Translations under genes and position numbers: made by a program
Shown: piece by piece, positions 1 through 13,394 of the stretch
Numbering within the stretch: the stretch's first letter is position 1
Layout: the number at the start of each line of letters is the position of its first letter
Notes under the pieces: generated by a model
The model's input: only the letters and a program-made list of their open reading frames with translations
Database searches by the model: none
What the model was told of the DNA's origin: nothing
Assembly: GCA_904063045.1 (NCBI GenBank)
Contig: CAJFCJ010000006.1
Coordinates: forward strand, 5,286,408-5,350,407
Direction of reading: 5' to 3'
Origin: Dimorphilus gyrociliatus
Taxonomy: Eukaryota; Animalia; Annelida
DNA: 64,000 nucleotides

Positions 1-1384
1 ATTTGCCGATTTTGAAAGATTTGCTTCGTTCTTTGTATGTAAAGCAGAATATTTGATAGAGTCCTAATAGCATCTTGATATCGTCTCATCATCATATATG
101 CGAAAGCCATATAATAGAAAGTAGTAATTTGACAGGAAGGAACCTTGATAAAAGTTCCTTGTGGTTTGCTATTGAAGTCTATATTTTCCAAAACTTTCAA
201 AGCTTGGTAATAATCACCTAGCAAAGAGTGCAATCTTAACAATCCAATTAACGAAAAATATCCTAACATCTTGTATAGAGTATGTCTACCAAATTCTCCA
301 GCGACGACGTCTAAATCAGCACATATCTCTGGTTTAGACATTACTTCCAATTGTTGATTAATATTGGATTTATCAACAAGAGAATGCAATACGTTAAGAA
401 CACTGTGTACGTTCCAAACTTTTTGATTCTGAAGTAGTTTCTCAGTTTCATCTGCTGTCTTACTCTTGGCTTTACATCTATATTGACTAAAAGATTGAAA
501 TTGATAAATAAATTCATCAATAATATCCCAAAGCCATTGGTTTGGCAACTCTAATGACACAGGTTCGTCAGCCCCTAACATCAGGTTAAATAAGTCACAG
601 TAATTGTAGTACGATTCAATTCTCTGTTCAAGAGTAGGTCCAGGCTGCAACAATATGTTTAGAGTTAGTTATGATGTACAATTAGTCTTTAGTTTAATAA
701 TTAATTAGTTATGTTAAACTTACCGTAACCTTAGCATAAATATGTCTAAAGTATAACTCCTTGTACAAAATGTCAAAGATTTCTGTAATGAATTATTTGT
801 ATCAATATTAAGTATACAGTTAAAGGTAGGTAAATAAGTACCGTTGTCAACGATATTAGATAAATCTCTGACATCAGGCCAAGGTGTTGATTGGTAAAAA
901 CGTTCAGTAAATTCACTAAAGCCATCGATGTAAGCTGATTGAATTTTCAAAACATCTTGTTCCTTGATTACTTTTTGGAAATATAACAAGAAGTTCTGAA
1001 CAGGAGCGGGAACAGAATGCACCGGACGATACTCTGGTTCGGGTCGTCCCATTTCATTAACTTCATAGTCAAGATTAGGATAGGTTGGATAAGTGTAGGC
1101 ATCATACTGAAGGAAATAAAAAATATTATTTTTTGTCTATACAAATGGCAGACTGTAAGGAAATAGAATTAATATTAATTCTGGCTCTACTGTTACTATA
1201 TAGAGTATATAGCCAATAACTCTTGTGATATTAAAATCGTACGCTATTATCTTTAATATCGAACTAATTTTAAGCCATATTTTAGTGAAAAAATAATAAG
1301 TTATAATGTCTGATCACGCCGTCCGGTACGTACATGGTGCAAACCACTTTCCACGAATTCTTCTTCTCTCCAACCAGTTGCCAT
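1..1384 (-). CDS. EIF3L: Eukaryotic translation initiation factor 3 subunit L (5' part; continues beyond window start)
   Basis: Exons 1384-1334, 1106-842, ~782-724 and 644-<1 join in frame through GT-AG introns. They give [55 protein letters not shown] and [12 protein letters not shown], all characteristic of eIF3L. Confidence 0.95.
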
Positions 1385-1536
1385 TTTTAATATGGTATCA
1401 GTGATCGAGGCAAGGTTAATAAATCGATTATAATATAGTTTTTATGAAAAATGTGGAGGAAAAACTCCGAAACGTGTTTCACTTAGAGGAAGTGACGTCA
1501 GTGCAAGGCAAAATATTCAGATTTGTTTTTTTCAAA

Positions 1537-1911
1537 ATGGCGTCAAAAATAATAGGTCAAGGTGCTCGTCAAGTAAAACCGATTTTATCATCGGATTTAA
1601 ACGAAGCTCGCCGAAGAGTATTGAACCTGTACAAAGCTTGGCATCGACAAGTACCGGAAATTTTACACAAGTATGATGTTCCTCTAACACAAGAGCAATG
1701 TCGAAGAAAATTACGAGAAAGATTTGAAGAGCAGAAGAACGTTAGGGACATTAGAGTAATCGACATACTAGTTACCAAAGGCCAATTGGAGTTAGTGGAA
1801 ACGGTAAATATGTGGAAAACAAGATCGCATGTTATGAGGTTTTGGAAAGAGACTGAGATTAAAAAGCCTAAGGACTTTCTGTCCAAGTTTTATGTTGGTC
1901 ATACGGAATAA
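1537..1911 (+). CDS. NDUFA6: NADH:ubiquinone oxidoreductase subunit A6 (LYR family), intronless
   Basis: Part of ORF 1444-1911. The ATG at 1537 is in an aaaATGG context. The protein has the LYR-type motif ([10 protein letters not shown]), DIRVIDILV and a KDFLSKFY C-terminus. Confidence 0.93.
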   Translation: MASKIIGQGARQVKPILSSDLNEARRRVLNLYKAWHRQVPEILHKYDVPLTQEQCRRKLRERFEEQKNVRDIRVIDILVTKGQLELVETVNMWKTRSHVMRFWKETEIKKPKDFLSKFYVGHTE

Positions 1912-1932
1912 CAATTGTATTAAAATAAAATG

Positions 1933-2569
1933 TCATGGTTTAGATAGTTCTAAATCCTTTTCAAGTTTCAAATAATATTCCGAAACTTGATTTAATTGAT
2001 TGCTAACATCGTCATCAACATTCTGACTCTGTCTGCACATATCTTTCATAAACATTGACCAATCTTCAATTCTCCGACTTCTCTCGGAGCTTAGATCTTT
2101 TACTTCAATATTATCCAGAGCCGCTCGACAGCAGTCATTTAATTCATTTACTAGTTAAAAATTCAAATATTAGCATAATTTTTAAAAAACAGTTGTTTTT
2201 TTTCATACATTTTGAATGTAAATCCGGTAATTCTAATTGCATTGTTTCAGGCAAGGTTATTCCCAAAGTCTTTGTACTTTGTTGAACTTGATCAAGCGAT
2301 TTCTGTAAATCTAATGCATTTTGCTCTACTCTCTGCAAAAGTTGAATTTATTTTTAAGTATTAATTACAAGAAAAAGGCTAAGAAAGTTTTATAAACACC
2401 TCGTTAAAAGATTGATAGAAATAAGCAACTTCACCCTGAATAACAGGCTTATGGTCGAGTATTCGAGAAAATACTTGTCTAATATCTTAAAAGTTTTAGA
2501 TTATTTTATAGCTATATTTTCATTAAATTAAACATTTTTACCTTCGAACGTTCCTGTATTTTCGCTCAT
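1933..2569 (-). CDS. BLOC1S5: BLOC-1 subunit 5 (Muted), 4 exons
   Basis: Not captured by the ORF track as a whole. The stitched exons give MSENTGTFEDIRQVFSRILDHKPVIQGEVAYF...EDWSMFMK...YLKLEKDL, matching the Muted signature (SRLLDHRPVIQGE). Confidence 0.85.
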
Positions 2570-2925
2570 ATTTTATTAATATCCTCAATTAAATTATGTG
2601 AAGACATTGATGATCTCACAAATTATTTTTTGGAATTTCTTATTGATGTTCAGAGGATTTTACTCAAAATTTAATGAAAAATTCAAGCGTTGCACAGAAA
2701 TATTGCGATTACAGGGTTGCGAATAATCCAGAGGGAGCCTCTGAAACTTGTTTTCAATTTAATGTAAACACCTAATACGTTTGTTTTTAAATTCAAGATT
2801 CCACTATTTATTATTTAGTTATTAGCAATGGATAGTAGAAATTTTTCGAGGAAAATAAAAAGTATATATATTCAATACGGAACTGCACAGTCGTGCTTGG
2901 AAAATTAGCAGACGACCACACAACA

Positions 2926-4733
2926 ATGGCGAAAGATGACACGTCGGTAGAATCATTTAAGATAATACTTCTTTGTGCAGCATGGTATTGTTTTAGTTCT
3001 GGAAATAATGTTGTTGGAAAGATTGTCTTGAGTGATTTTCCGTATCCAATGACTGTGTCAATGGTTCAACTTTTATCTATATCTCTTTATGTTCTTCCAA
3101 TTATGAGGTTGTGGAACGTTCCTGCTCGACAACCTCTTTCTACTCTCTATTGGTTTAAGATGATATTGCCACTTGCCTTTGGAAAATTTTTCTCCTCCGT
3201 CAGTTCGCATATAAGCATATGGAAAGTGCCTGTTTCCTACGCCCATACTGTAAAAGCTACTATGCCATTATTTGTTGTTATATTGAGCAGGGTCCTTTTG
3301 GGAGAAAGACAAACGCGGAGTGTATACATAGCGTTAATTCCAATTGTTGGAGGTGTCGTAATAGCAACATTAACAGAGCTTTCATTTAATGTTATTGGTC
3401 TAATTAGCGCCCTATCTGCTACCATTGGATTCGCTCTTCAAAATATATTCTCTAAACAAGTAAGTTAATCATTCAATTGATTGGCATCTAAATAATACGT
3501 AAATTAGTCCATTATTACTAAATTAGGAAAGATTTCCTAAAAGATTCAATTTTATTACTTTCGTCTATAAATTATTTATATTTTGCGTAATGTAATTATT
3601 TTTTAACATAAAAGATGTATCTGATATAAAGGAAACAAAAACCCTGCAACCAATAGAAATATCAAATAGAACTATATAATACCTAAATTTATTCTAAGCA
3701 CGGTGAAAAAAAGAGAGATAGATAGATAGATAGATAGAGTGAGTGAGTGAGAAAAGTTAGCTTTTAATCTTAAGGCATCTTTATTTACATATTTTATTTT
3801 TCCATAAGTAAGCAAAAAGCAAGAAAGACCATATGTTTCTTATTTTCCTTTCGACGTACTGAAATTCTTTTTACTTTAAAATATTTTAAAGAAATATTAA
3901 TAAAAATTTTTGTAAAAATGTCTTGACAAGTAATGTTTATGAATCTCCATAGAAATTACAAGTTAAATAGTCCTTAAGAATTAAATCTATAAAATTTCAT
4001 TTATTGATCTTTTTTCTCTATATAAGTATGATAGAATTATATATTTGTATATTTGAAAACGTTCATATAGTATATATATATACAGCATATTTACACTAAA
4101 TACTAATATATTTATATATCTTTTATATTTCAGTGCTTGAAAGAAACTAAAATGCATCATTTTCAATTACTATTTCTTTTGGCTAGGCTTTGCGCCGTTC
4201 TATTTGCTCCTCTTTGGCTTTGGTATGATGGTGTTACGATATTTCAAGATACGAGTTTATGGCAATCATACCATACACCAAGGATTATAGCTTTATTACT
4301 TATTGATGGTTTTTGTAATTTTGCACAGAATCTCATTGCATTTACGATAATTGCCATGGTAACACCATTGTCATATGCTGTAGCAAATGCTGCAAAAAGA
4401 ATAGTCATTGTCACTGTCTCTTTATTAACATTAAAAAATCCGGTTACTCCATTTAATATGATTGGAATGTTAACTGCCATATTAGGAGTGTTGTTATATA
4501 ACAAAGCTAAGTACGATCAGAATCAAGAAAAGAAGAGAAAGGCGATTTTACCGTTGGTGAAATCAGCTAAAAATCTAAATGGTATGTCGAATGGAGACTA
4601 TAACTTGAGAAAATCACACAGCAACGTTTTGCTTAATATACCAGATGAGGAAATGCAGCAACGAACAACAATTTTGACTCCTTCTTCACCATTCTATCAA
4701 AATAATAATAATTATAATTATAACAACAACAAC

Positions 4734-4767
<34 letters not shown>

Positions 4768-4814
4768 GCATATATAGGATGACAACTGAATCTTCAAAAA
4801 CATTTTATATATAG
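2926..4814 (+). CDS. SLC35E1: Solute carrier 35 family E1 (triose-phosphate/nucleotide-sugar transporter-like), 2 exons
   Basis: Exons 2926-3459 and 4134-4814. Multi-TM protein with [43 protein letters not shown] and a poly-Asn tail. Confidence 0.9.
3712..3752. repeat. Compound (GA)/(GATA)n/(GAGT)n microsatellite in the SLC35E1 intron
   Basis: Directly visible tandem repeats. Confidence 0.9.
4701..4766 (+). repeat. (AAT/AAC)n trinucleotide repeat encoding poly-Asn
   Basis: Directly visible, in frame in SLC35E1 exon 2. Confidence 0.9.
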
Positions 4815-5855
4815 TTCAAAGAGAGAAAGACTTCATTCTCTTGTAAATGTCTGCAGATGAATAATTGTCAACGAATCTTTCCAATGTTTTGTTAACTGTG
4901 TTCAAAAGCTTTAAACTTTTTTTTTGTGGGTTTTTTTTTTTTTGGGCGACAGGTTCCTGACTTTTTTAATTTAAAAGTCATGCAGATCAAAAAAAAAACG
5001 ATATATATGACGATGCTACTTTATTAACTTCAAATTTTTGGCTATACATACATTTAAAATATATATTTACTATATTAATATGTATGTTTTGACTGAATAT
5101 TTTCATTGGCATATTCTCACCTGTTAGCAGGAGTGGAGGGATAAACTTCTTTTTTAGAATTAGAAGAAATATCTATGAGGTAAAAGGTATTTGAATTCCA
5201 TCGTCTCAAGAGTTGTACTTCCTGAAGAGATTAAACTTAAATAATTAATAAATTTTAGTCTGTTTTTTGGTCTCTTATAAATTGTCTGCTAACTAATATT
5301 GAAGAATTGGGAAGACTGCAAAAGAATGCTTTGGTATATAGTTTATTTTTATTTTTGGAATTTTGAGGAGAGCACGAACATCTGGCTGTTGAATATGAAG
5401 ACCATCGACTAAGATATTAAATATATTCATAGGCAAATCTTCAACTTTTATTAACGTTAATTGTTATTAGTAATATACTTTGAATTTTGTAAAAAAAAAA
5501 TTGAAAACTAATAAAACTGTTGATTCTTATACCGTTTTTTTTACTCTAATAATAGAGATAACTGCTTAAAAAAGTATTTTATTATTTGCAAATTCGCTTA
5601 AGTTTAAGCCATGAAACTGATTTAAAAAAATCGATAAAGTTCAATTATTAATTTGCTATTTATTATAATTGTAAAATACTGTTTGAATATCTTAATGAAA
5701 GGTTATATTTTCCTTTGATGGTACATATAAATATATATTGCATATCTTGTTGTATCAATTGTATATATCAATATTTATATATATATATATACTTTTTCTT
5801 TTGAACATTAAATATGTTGTAAAAAGTATTAATTGAGTTTTAACAATAAAACTAA

Positions 5856-7805
5856 TCAAGAGTGAACATGCTTATATATTATCACTGAAACTAAGGCTCC
5901 AGCTAAGGCTGTTCCAGCTAACCACAACCATGAACGTCCCTTTAAAGATAGATAAACAATATTAATTAAAATATAAATAAAACTGAATGATTTAGTTATT
6001 TACCAAATTATTGCCTTCTTCTTTTTCTGGAACAGTTTCTTTACCTCCAAACATTCTCTGATATATTTCTTTCTGGGATTTATTTTGTTTTTCAATTCTG
6101 GTTGTAAGTTTTTGTAATTCAGCCTGAATCGCCTTCTCGTTAGGATCAATTTGTATAGCTTTTTTCATCAATTTAGCTGCTAAGTCAAGATCACCGGCTC
6201 CTAAGAAAACATCTGTATTAGACAATATCTCTATGGATAAATTATAATCATGAAGTTACCTTTATTCATAACTGCTTTAGCTTTTCTGAACAAAGCCTTA
6301 ACATTATTAGGTTGTATAGTAAGAGCCGCTGTGCAGGATTGCTCTGCAGCTTCGAAAGCTTTAATTTTTAATTGTGCAGCTGCCAGATTAGAATAACATT
6401 TTATTTTGACATCTATTAAAGCCTGAAGATCTGTGTTGGTATCAGTCGGTGATTCGCCCAACGAGTTTAAAACAGTTAACGCTTTTGAATAGATTAAAAT
6501 ACATTCGGTAAAATGACCTCTGGTATACATGAGATTTCCTCTTTCTCTCTTTTTATCCCCAATAATATACCTTTCCTTGGCTGACATTTTACCATAATCT
6601 GGTTTGCCATTGGAAGACAATAGCTTAATGACAAATTTTAAATCAACATTTGTAGGCATTTTTGATTCTTTCCCTAATCCTGTTTCGCATAGTTTAGGAT
6701 GGGATAATACTTCAGCTTCTTCTCCTATCTGCATAAGTGTTACAGCGAGTTCAATAGCTTGAATTACATCACCATCTCCTACTACAAATTCTAAATTGGG
6801 ATAAGATTCTATAAGTTTATCAGTTTCTTTAAGAAAAATTTGTAAATTAATGAAAATGCATTCTCCACGAGTTGGCTTCTCTCCTGAACCCTTTTTAATA
6901 GTCTAAAAATAAAAAAATATAGGAACACAAATAAAAATGAAAAATTATTTTACCTTTTTTAAAAGGGCTCCAGTACCTAACACATCAACCCATTGTTCTT
7001 CCTTTTCTTCTTCCTTCTTTTCAGCAATATCTTCATTACTCTCTCCTTTCGATTCTGTTTCAGTTTGTAAGTTTTCAATATCTTCCTTAATTTCTTGCTC
7101 TTCTGCACTAATTGTTGGCTCGGGTTTCTCCATTGTGATTGGACTTTCTGTGTCGTAAATTTCTTCTTTCGGTTCAATATTTTCTTCGCTCTCTTCCTTT
7201 ATACTCGTACTTTCTGCAACAATATCACTTTCTTCTTTAGTGTCCAATTGCACATCAGATTTCATTGTAATTTCCTCAGTCTTTTCGTCACTGCTAGGAA
7301 TACAATTTTCAATATGGTTTTCATTAATTTGTTCGTATTCTTTCATATTGGTAAAACTACTATTTTCAGGAATTTCGGATTTACTATTATCTTCAACTAA
7401 GCTATTCGATTCGTCAGCTTTTGAGTCGTCCAAATTATCTTGAGGATTTTCACAGGAATCCTCAGTAGTCCTTCCGTTTTCAAGTGTTTCGGTTTCAGTG
7501 TTTGTATTATCAGTAATTTCTTGCAACGCCTCTTCTGAATTTGATTCCAATTGATTATTGTCGTCAATTATAGCTTCCGATACATTATTTTCTGAATGCA
7601 AATCTATCTCCGATTGGGGCAAAGGTTCCCTTTCATTTAAACTTTCCTCAACAACTGATGAATTTTCATTTAAGTCTTTATGAGTAATGACCTCAGTTTT
7701 AAGGTTTTCGGGCTGTATGTCGTGATCTCTATTTTTGTTACTTTCCTCTAGAAAATCACTGCCATTTGTTGTGAGCGGTGTTTCGATATTCGCCTCGTTG
7801 TTCAT
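5856..7805 (-). CDS. FKBP8: FKBP38-type immunophilin (acidic N-terminus, FKBP domain, TPRs, C-terminal TM anchor)
   Basis: EQWVDVLGTG, VGDGDVIQAIELAV..MQIGE, TPR motifs (KCYSNLAAAQLK, NVKALFRKAK) and a last exon SWLWLAGTALAGALVSVII ending at TGA 5858-5856. About 4 exons. Confidence 0.9.
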
Positions 7806-8528
7806 CACTGCTAAAGGTCAAACAGAGGTCTATAAGTGAAGCGACATTGATAAAAATCTTGTGGTTAAATATATATTTTAGTAAATTTTTGTTTTTAAAT
7901 AGTTTATTTAACATGATTACAAAACAATATACGAGTCAAAGAGTAAACTTAGGTTTTCGGTAAATACATTATTTTGAGGAATAATATCAAAACTTCAACT
8001 GATATGTCGAATGAAATTAAGATGCGAAAATTCAAAATTAAGTCAAATAATACTTGATATCAGTCAATTGTTCTTAAGGAACGAAGATCAAACCTTAAAG
8101 ATAAGAGTAATTTGTTGTAATTACTTAATTTAATTCTTCCTAAATCCAAAAATTTAAAGAGGGTTTGAGATATTCAGCAAACACACCGGTATATGTTTCG
8201 ACAAGGAAACACTATATACTCCAAATGCACATTTATATATATGTATAGTCCGCCAGTATTCAAAATTTTCTATTCAGATTGGAGAAATACATTTTAACAA
8301 GTCTATCAATTTATAAATATGTTTTGAATTTCTAACACTTTATCATAAGAAATTTCATAGTTCAAGAATGAACTTATATTTTTCAAGATTTATCTCATTG
8401 CTTAAAAATCTTTTCATAAGTTAGATAGGAATACTGAACCCGTTAAAGAAATATCCCAAACAAGGTGAAGGTCATTCGTAAATGTTTTAACACGTGAAAT
8501 AGTCTTGAACTGTTTCAATTAAGTGTAA

Positions 8529-10627
8529 ATGGATCTTTTTCATATTTCTCGGTAAATATAATTTAGATTAATATATATATTAGCTATTTCTTTTTCATAC
8601 GCTTATTCAGATATGGAGGAGAGGAAAAATTGGAAGACGAAGGTGATCAGGATGAGTCCCTCAAAAAAATATTAAGAAGAGCAAAAAGAAAGCGCAAGCA
8701 AGAGGAAGAAAGTAAAAAGCCAGAAAAAGAGACTAAAAAGAAACTGAAAGTATCTGAAGGTAAAGTGGGTTTTGTCTAATATAAAGCAAAAATTTTTAAC
8801 ATTTATTCCACTATAGAACCATCTGAGGAAAAAGAAAGCGTACCTGATGAAAAAAGTAATGATTCTGAGGAGATAGCTACAGATTCTAAAACATCCGAAG
8901 AAGTAACAGGAACTAATAATTTTCAAGTTATTGGTGACGATAATTTACAAAAGAAGAAAACTGTTCTTCAACGAAAATTACCAAAATGGTTGAGAGATCC
9001 GGAAAATATAGAAGTTAACATAAATCAGAATACTACATCTATCGATGGATTAGAATTTCTTAGTTCTGATCTAATTACCCAGCTAAAAGAAAATTCTATA
9101 ACTCACTTATTTCCTGTTCAAAGTAAAATTATACCCATGATTATGCAATCTACTTCCACTGTTGTACCGCCAAGGGATATTTGTTGCGCAGGTAAAATAT
9201 CTAAGAGCCCTTAAAATATTAAGTTTTACATCTGTTCCGATTTGTAAACAGCTCCTACTGGAAGTGGAAAAACTCTATCCTACGTTTTACCTTTAGTGAA
9301 CAATTTAAAAGACAGAGTTGTTCGTAAAATACGAGTACTGGTAGTTTTACCTGTTCGGGAATTAGCTAAGCAAGTCTTTAATGTTTTTCAAACGTATTCT
9401 AAAAAGTATGGTCTAAATACGGCTTTGCTAGCTTCGTATTCAAGCTTTCAACAAGAGCAAAAGAATTTAACAAGAGAAAATCTATTAGGAGAGTTTGAAA
9501 GCTTAGCTGATATTGTTGTTGCTACACCTGGTCGACTTGTTGATCATGTTTATGGGACAAAGGGTTTTGATTTGAGACATTTAAGGTATATAGTTTTGGA
9601 CGAGGCCGATAGAATAATGGAAGAAGAAAAGCATGATTGGATAAACGTTGTCGAAAAGTCTATTTATTCAACAAATAGAAAGCGTTTAGTAAATTTAAAC
9701 GTAGCCAAGTATCTAGACTCTCCAGAACCGGTTTGTATATAGAATATTGGCTACATCTTTATTTTTAATTCAACTACGTACTCTTTCCGTACTTACAGCT
9801 GCAGAAACTATTATTTTCAGCGACTCTCTCAACAAACCCTGAAAAGCTAGAGTATTTAAAACTATATAATCCTATTCTCGTGTCTGCTAGCACAACATGT
9901 GAAATTCCACCGGCTTTAAACGAGTCATATGTATTATGCTCAATAGAACAAAAGCCACTAGTTATTCTCTCATTGATTCTTCATTACAAATACAAAAGAG
10001 TTTTGTGTTTCACCAATACGATAGATGGAGCTAATAGATTATATTGGTTACTAAAATTAATTGGAGATATAAAAGTACACCTCGTATCATCTAGTTTAAC
10101 GACGAGTAAACGCCAAAGGCTTTTAAATTCGTTTAGTAAAGGAAAAGTTGATATGTAAGTGTATAACTATATATGAAAATATTTCTTTTTGTGTATTTAT
10201 TTTTCATATTTCAGTTTAATATGCTCAAATGCTTTAGCTAGAGGAATTGATGTGGAAAATGTTAATTGCGTGATATCATATGATTGTCCAACCTATTTGG
10301 AGACTTATGTACACAGAGTCGGTAGAACTGCCAGAGCAGGAAAAGCTGGTACAGCAATTACAATAGTTGATGAAGAAGAGCATAGAAGTTTCAAAAAAAT
10401 TATAAAATCGGTCAGCCGTCAAAGTGATAATCTTAATCGCATTAATATCGACGAAGATAAGCTGACCGATTTACTTCCAAAATTGACTAAAGCTTTACAA
10501 AGCCTACCAGCAGTCCTTAAGGTTTGTAAATATTTAAATTATAAAAAGAAAAAAGTATTTCTCTATTAAAATATGTTTTTGTATTGTTTTTCCACAGGCC
10601 GATAGAAAGAATCATAAAAATAAATAA
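8529..10627 (+). CDS. DDX51: DEAD-box RNA helicase DDX51/Dbp6, multi-exon
   Basis: Start MDLFHISR|YGG matches the family N-terminus. Contains [35 protein letters not shown] and [10 protein letters not shown]. Confidence 0.9.
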
Positions 10628-11821
10628 TATGTTTACAATTATCCATGCAAATATATATGAATAAATAACGTATTTAGGTTAATTGCTTAAAGTATTCGAA
10701 ACTTTACATATAAAACGCGAATTTTGTTTTTGAATAATAAAAAAATTATTATTAAAATTTTATTACAAAAAAAAGTTAACCTATTGTGTTCTAGATAAAA
10801 TAATTATTATTCAATCAGATAGAGAAGCCTATTGAGGCACTTTACATTAGTCAAGAACACGTTTAGCCAGAGATCTTGCATAAGAATATTTTTGGAGTGT
10901 AAATGCATATATTTGACCCTAACATTCAAGATTCTCTTTTATGATTTATAACTTGTACAATTATCATATATTGTGCCACGTAAACTACTGTAAGAGAATA
11001 TAGGTCAGAATCGAACTTTCTGCGTATTCGTAGCATGTAAGCAGTCGATTGCCCTTTGTTCTTTAGCATTTAGAATTAGAATTATCTAAAAGATGTATGT
11101 TTGTATGCATGTATAGTACAATACATATATAGACATACTTTACATGAGACATGTATAAAAAGAAATAGGAAAGCTTAAATTTACGCTATAAATATACATT
11201 GATAAATAATAACTATAAATAATAGACTAGTTTCACTATAATACTCTAAACTTAGTGTATGTTACATAATATGGAACAGTACGTGCAATAGAACAATTGC
11301 TAATTATTTATCTACACATATATATTTATATCTAATATGTATATATTAAGTCTTAGCAATAAGATACCTAGATTGTCTACGTGAGATATTTGAATATATG
11401 ATGAAATATGAAATATGACTAAATCATACTAAATTTAGTATTTGATATGAATAAATATAAAATAGATAATATTCTAACATATTGATCGTTGAATAATGTA
11501 ATCAAAGTTGATACTAGCCGATAACCTTGACCCTCTAATAAATTTAGGATTACATCGAATACAGAGATACCGACACCCTTTAATCTTGAAGCTCGTAAAA
11601 ATAATATAAGCATATAAATGTATGTGTAAAATTCTGTACTAAAGACATATACTGTATGTAAATTTATATATATAAATTTATAATATTCTTATTTAATCAG
11701 TATACTAAATTAATATTAAATAGAAATAATGATAGGTTAATCCTGATATTTGTCTTTATCACAAAATTATTTTATCTTTCAGTTTACGAAAAAACTATAG
11801 ACTAGTCATAGCAGAAGCAAT

Positions 11822-13394
11822 ATGAACCGAAAAATTTGCGTAGTTGGTGCTGGGGCTGTAGGCTTAAGCACGGCATTGAAAATTCAAACCGAATGCCCAA
11901 ATGCTAAAGTTACTGTATTAGCAAAAGAATTTTACGACAAAACGACAAGTTTTGCAGCTGCAGGAATATACTTACCCGGGGAAGATGAGTTTATAAACGA
12001 CCCTGCAATTTTTAAGTAACTTTTATATATTTTTAATTAAATTATAGTATTATATAATCATTCAAATTAGAAAATGGCTACAAGATTCATGGGATCATTA
12101 TAGTAAGTTATGCAATTCGAAAGATGCTGGTAAAGCTGGAGCTCAAAAGATATCCGGATATTTTTTGTTTAAGGAAGGAGTAAGGAAATTATGAAAAAAC
12201 TATATAAAAATATACTAAAATAAAATCGTTTCTTTCCCATTTAATATATATAGTACAAGTACAAAAGGCCGATTTTTGCTGATATTGTCTATCAGTTTAG
12301 AGAATTGAGCAATGAAGAATTGAAAACGTTGAACAAAACACGCTCATTAGAGTAAAAAAAAATTTTTTATTGTTGTTTACAACAATAATATTTATTTATT
12401 ATTAGCTAATTAACATACAAAAAATTTCACCACGTTATTTCTAGAATAAGTTATGGTTACTTTATTACAACTGTTGTTCTGGATCCATCTATATATCTGA
12501 AATATTTAGAAGCCTCCTTACGTAAGAATGGTACTGAACTAATAAAAGCTCAAGTGAATTCCCTAGAAGAAGTAATCAAAAATTACCTATTGACTATTTA
12601 ATGTTTTAATGAATATCTTATATATTTTATAAAAATCAAGCTATCGAATGACTTTGATATTATTGTCAATTGCTCAGGACTGGGTAGTCAGAAGTTAGCT
12701 AATGACTCTGATCTATATCCAGTAAAAGGACAAGTACTTAAGGTTATATTTATTTATTATGAAGTTAGTCATGAATAAGCAATTTTAAACATGTGTGATA
12801 AAACAGGTTGAAGCTCCTTGGATGAAACATTTCACGTACGTGTATTCATACGACGCTACGTGCTACGTAATACCTGGGTACGTTGTTATAGTTAATCCGC
12901 TTTAAGTGCGTTTTAATCTCTTTTACTTTTAGAGTTAAAGCTGTAACTGTCGGTGGCACAAGAGAAAAAGGGAATTATGATAAGAGACCGGATAGTAAAA
13001 AGACGGAGGAGATATGGGAAAGGGCATTAGGATATTTTCCCGAACTTTACGTAATAACACTGATAACACATAAGATAACCTATTTTTTGTTCCACTCACT
13101 ACACAATACATCTAAATATATAAATATATATAGAGCATACAAATAACAATATATTTATGTTTTTGTTTACAACTGAACGTGCAGGAGGCTAAGAGAAACT
13201 ACGTGATTGGAGGGCTGAGACCTACTAAACTGGACATGCTCGTTAAACCTGAAATATTGAATTGTGGCAATGGAAAATCTATACCCGTTATCCATAATTA
13301 CGGTCATGGTAAACACGGAATTGCATTATCGTGGGGAACCGCTACCGAGTCGGCAAAGCTGGCAAAATCACTTATTTCTAATTCAAACCTATGA
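11822..13394 (+). CDS. D-amino-acid oxidase / D-aspartate oxidase family, multi-exon
   Basis: FAD motif VVGAGAVGLSTA, IIVNCSGLG, PVKGQV, GLRP and HNYGHG..GIALSWGTA, with C-terminal SNL (PTS1-like). DAO versus DDO is not resolved. Confidence 0.88.

Noticed and set aside
8160-8317. Open plus-strand frame (RGFEIFSKHTGICFDKE...) between FKBP8 and DDX51
   Set aside because: No start codon or phase-consistent exon chain could be built; it may be UTR or promoter sequence.
10810-11613. GC-elevated fragments and ORF 11419-11613 between DDX51 and the oxidase
   Set aside because: Short open stretches occur on both strands but there is no coherent gene model or homology that I recognise.
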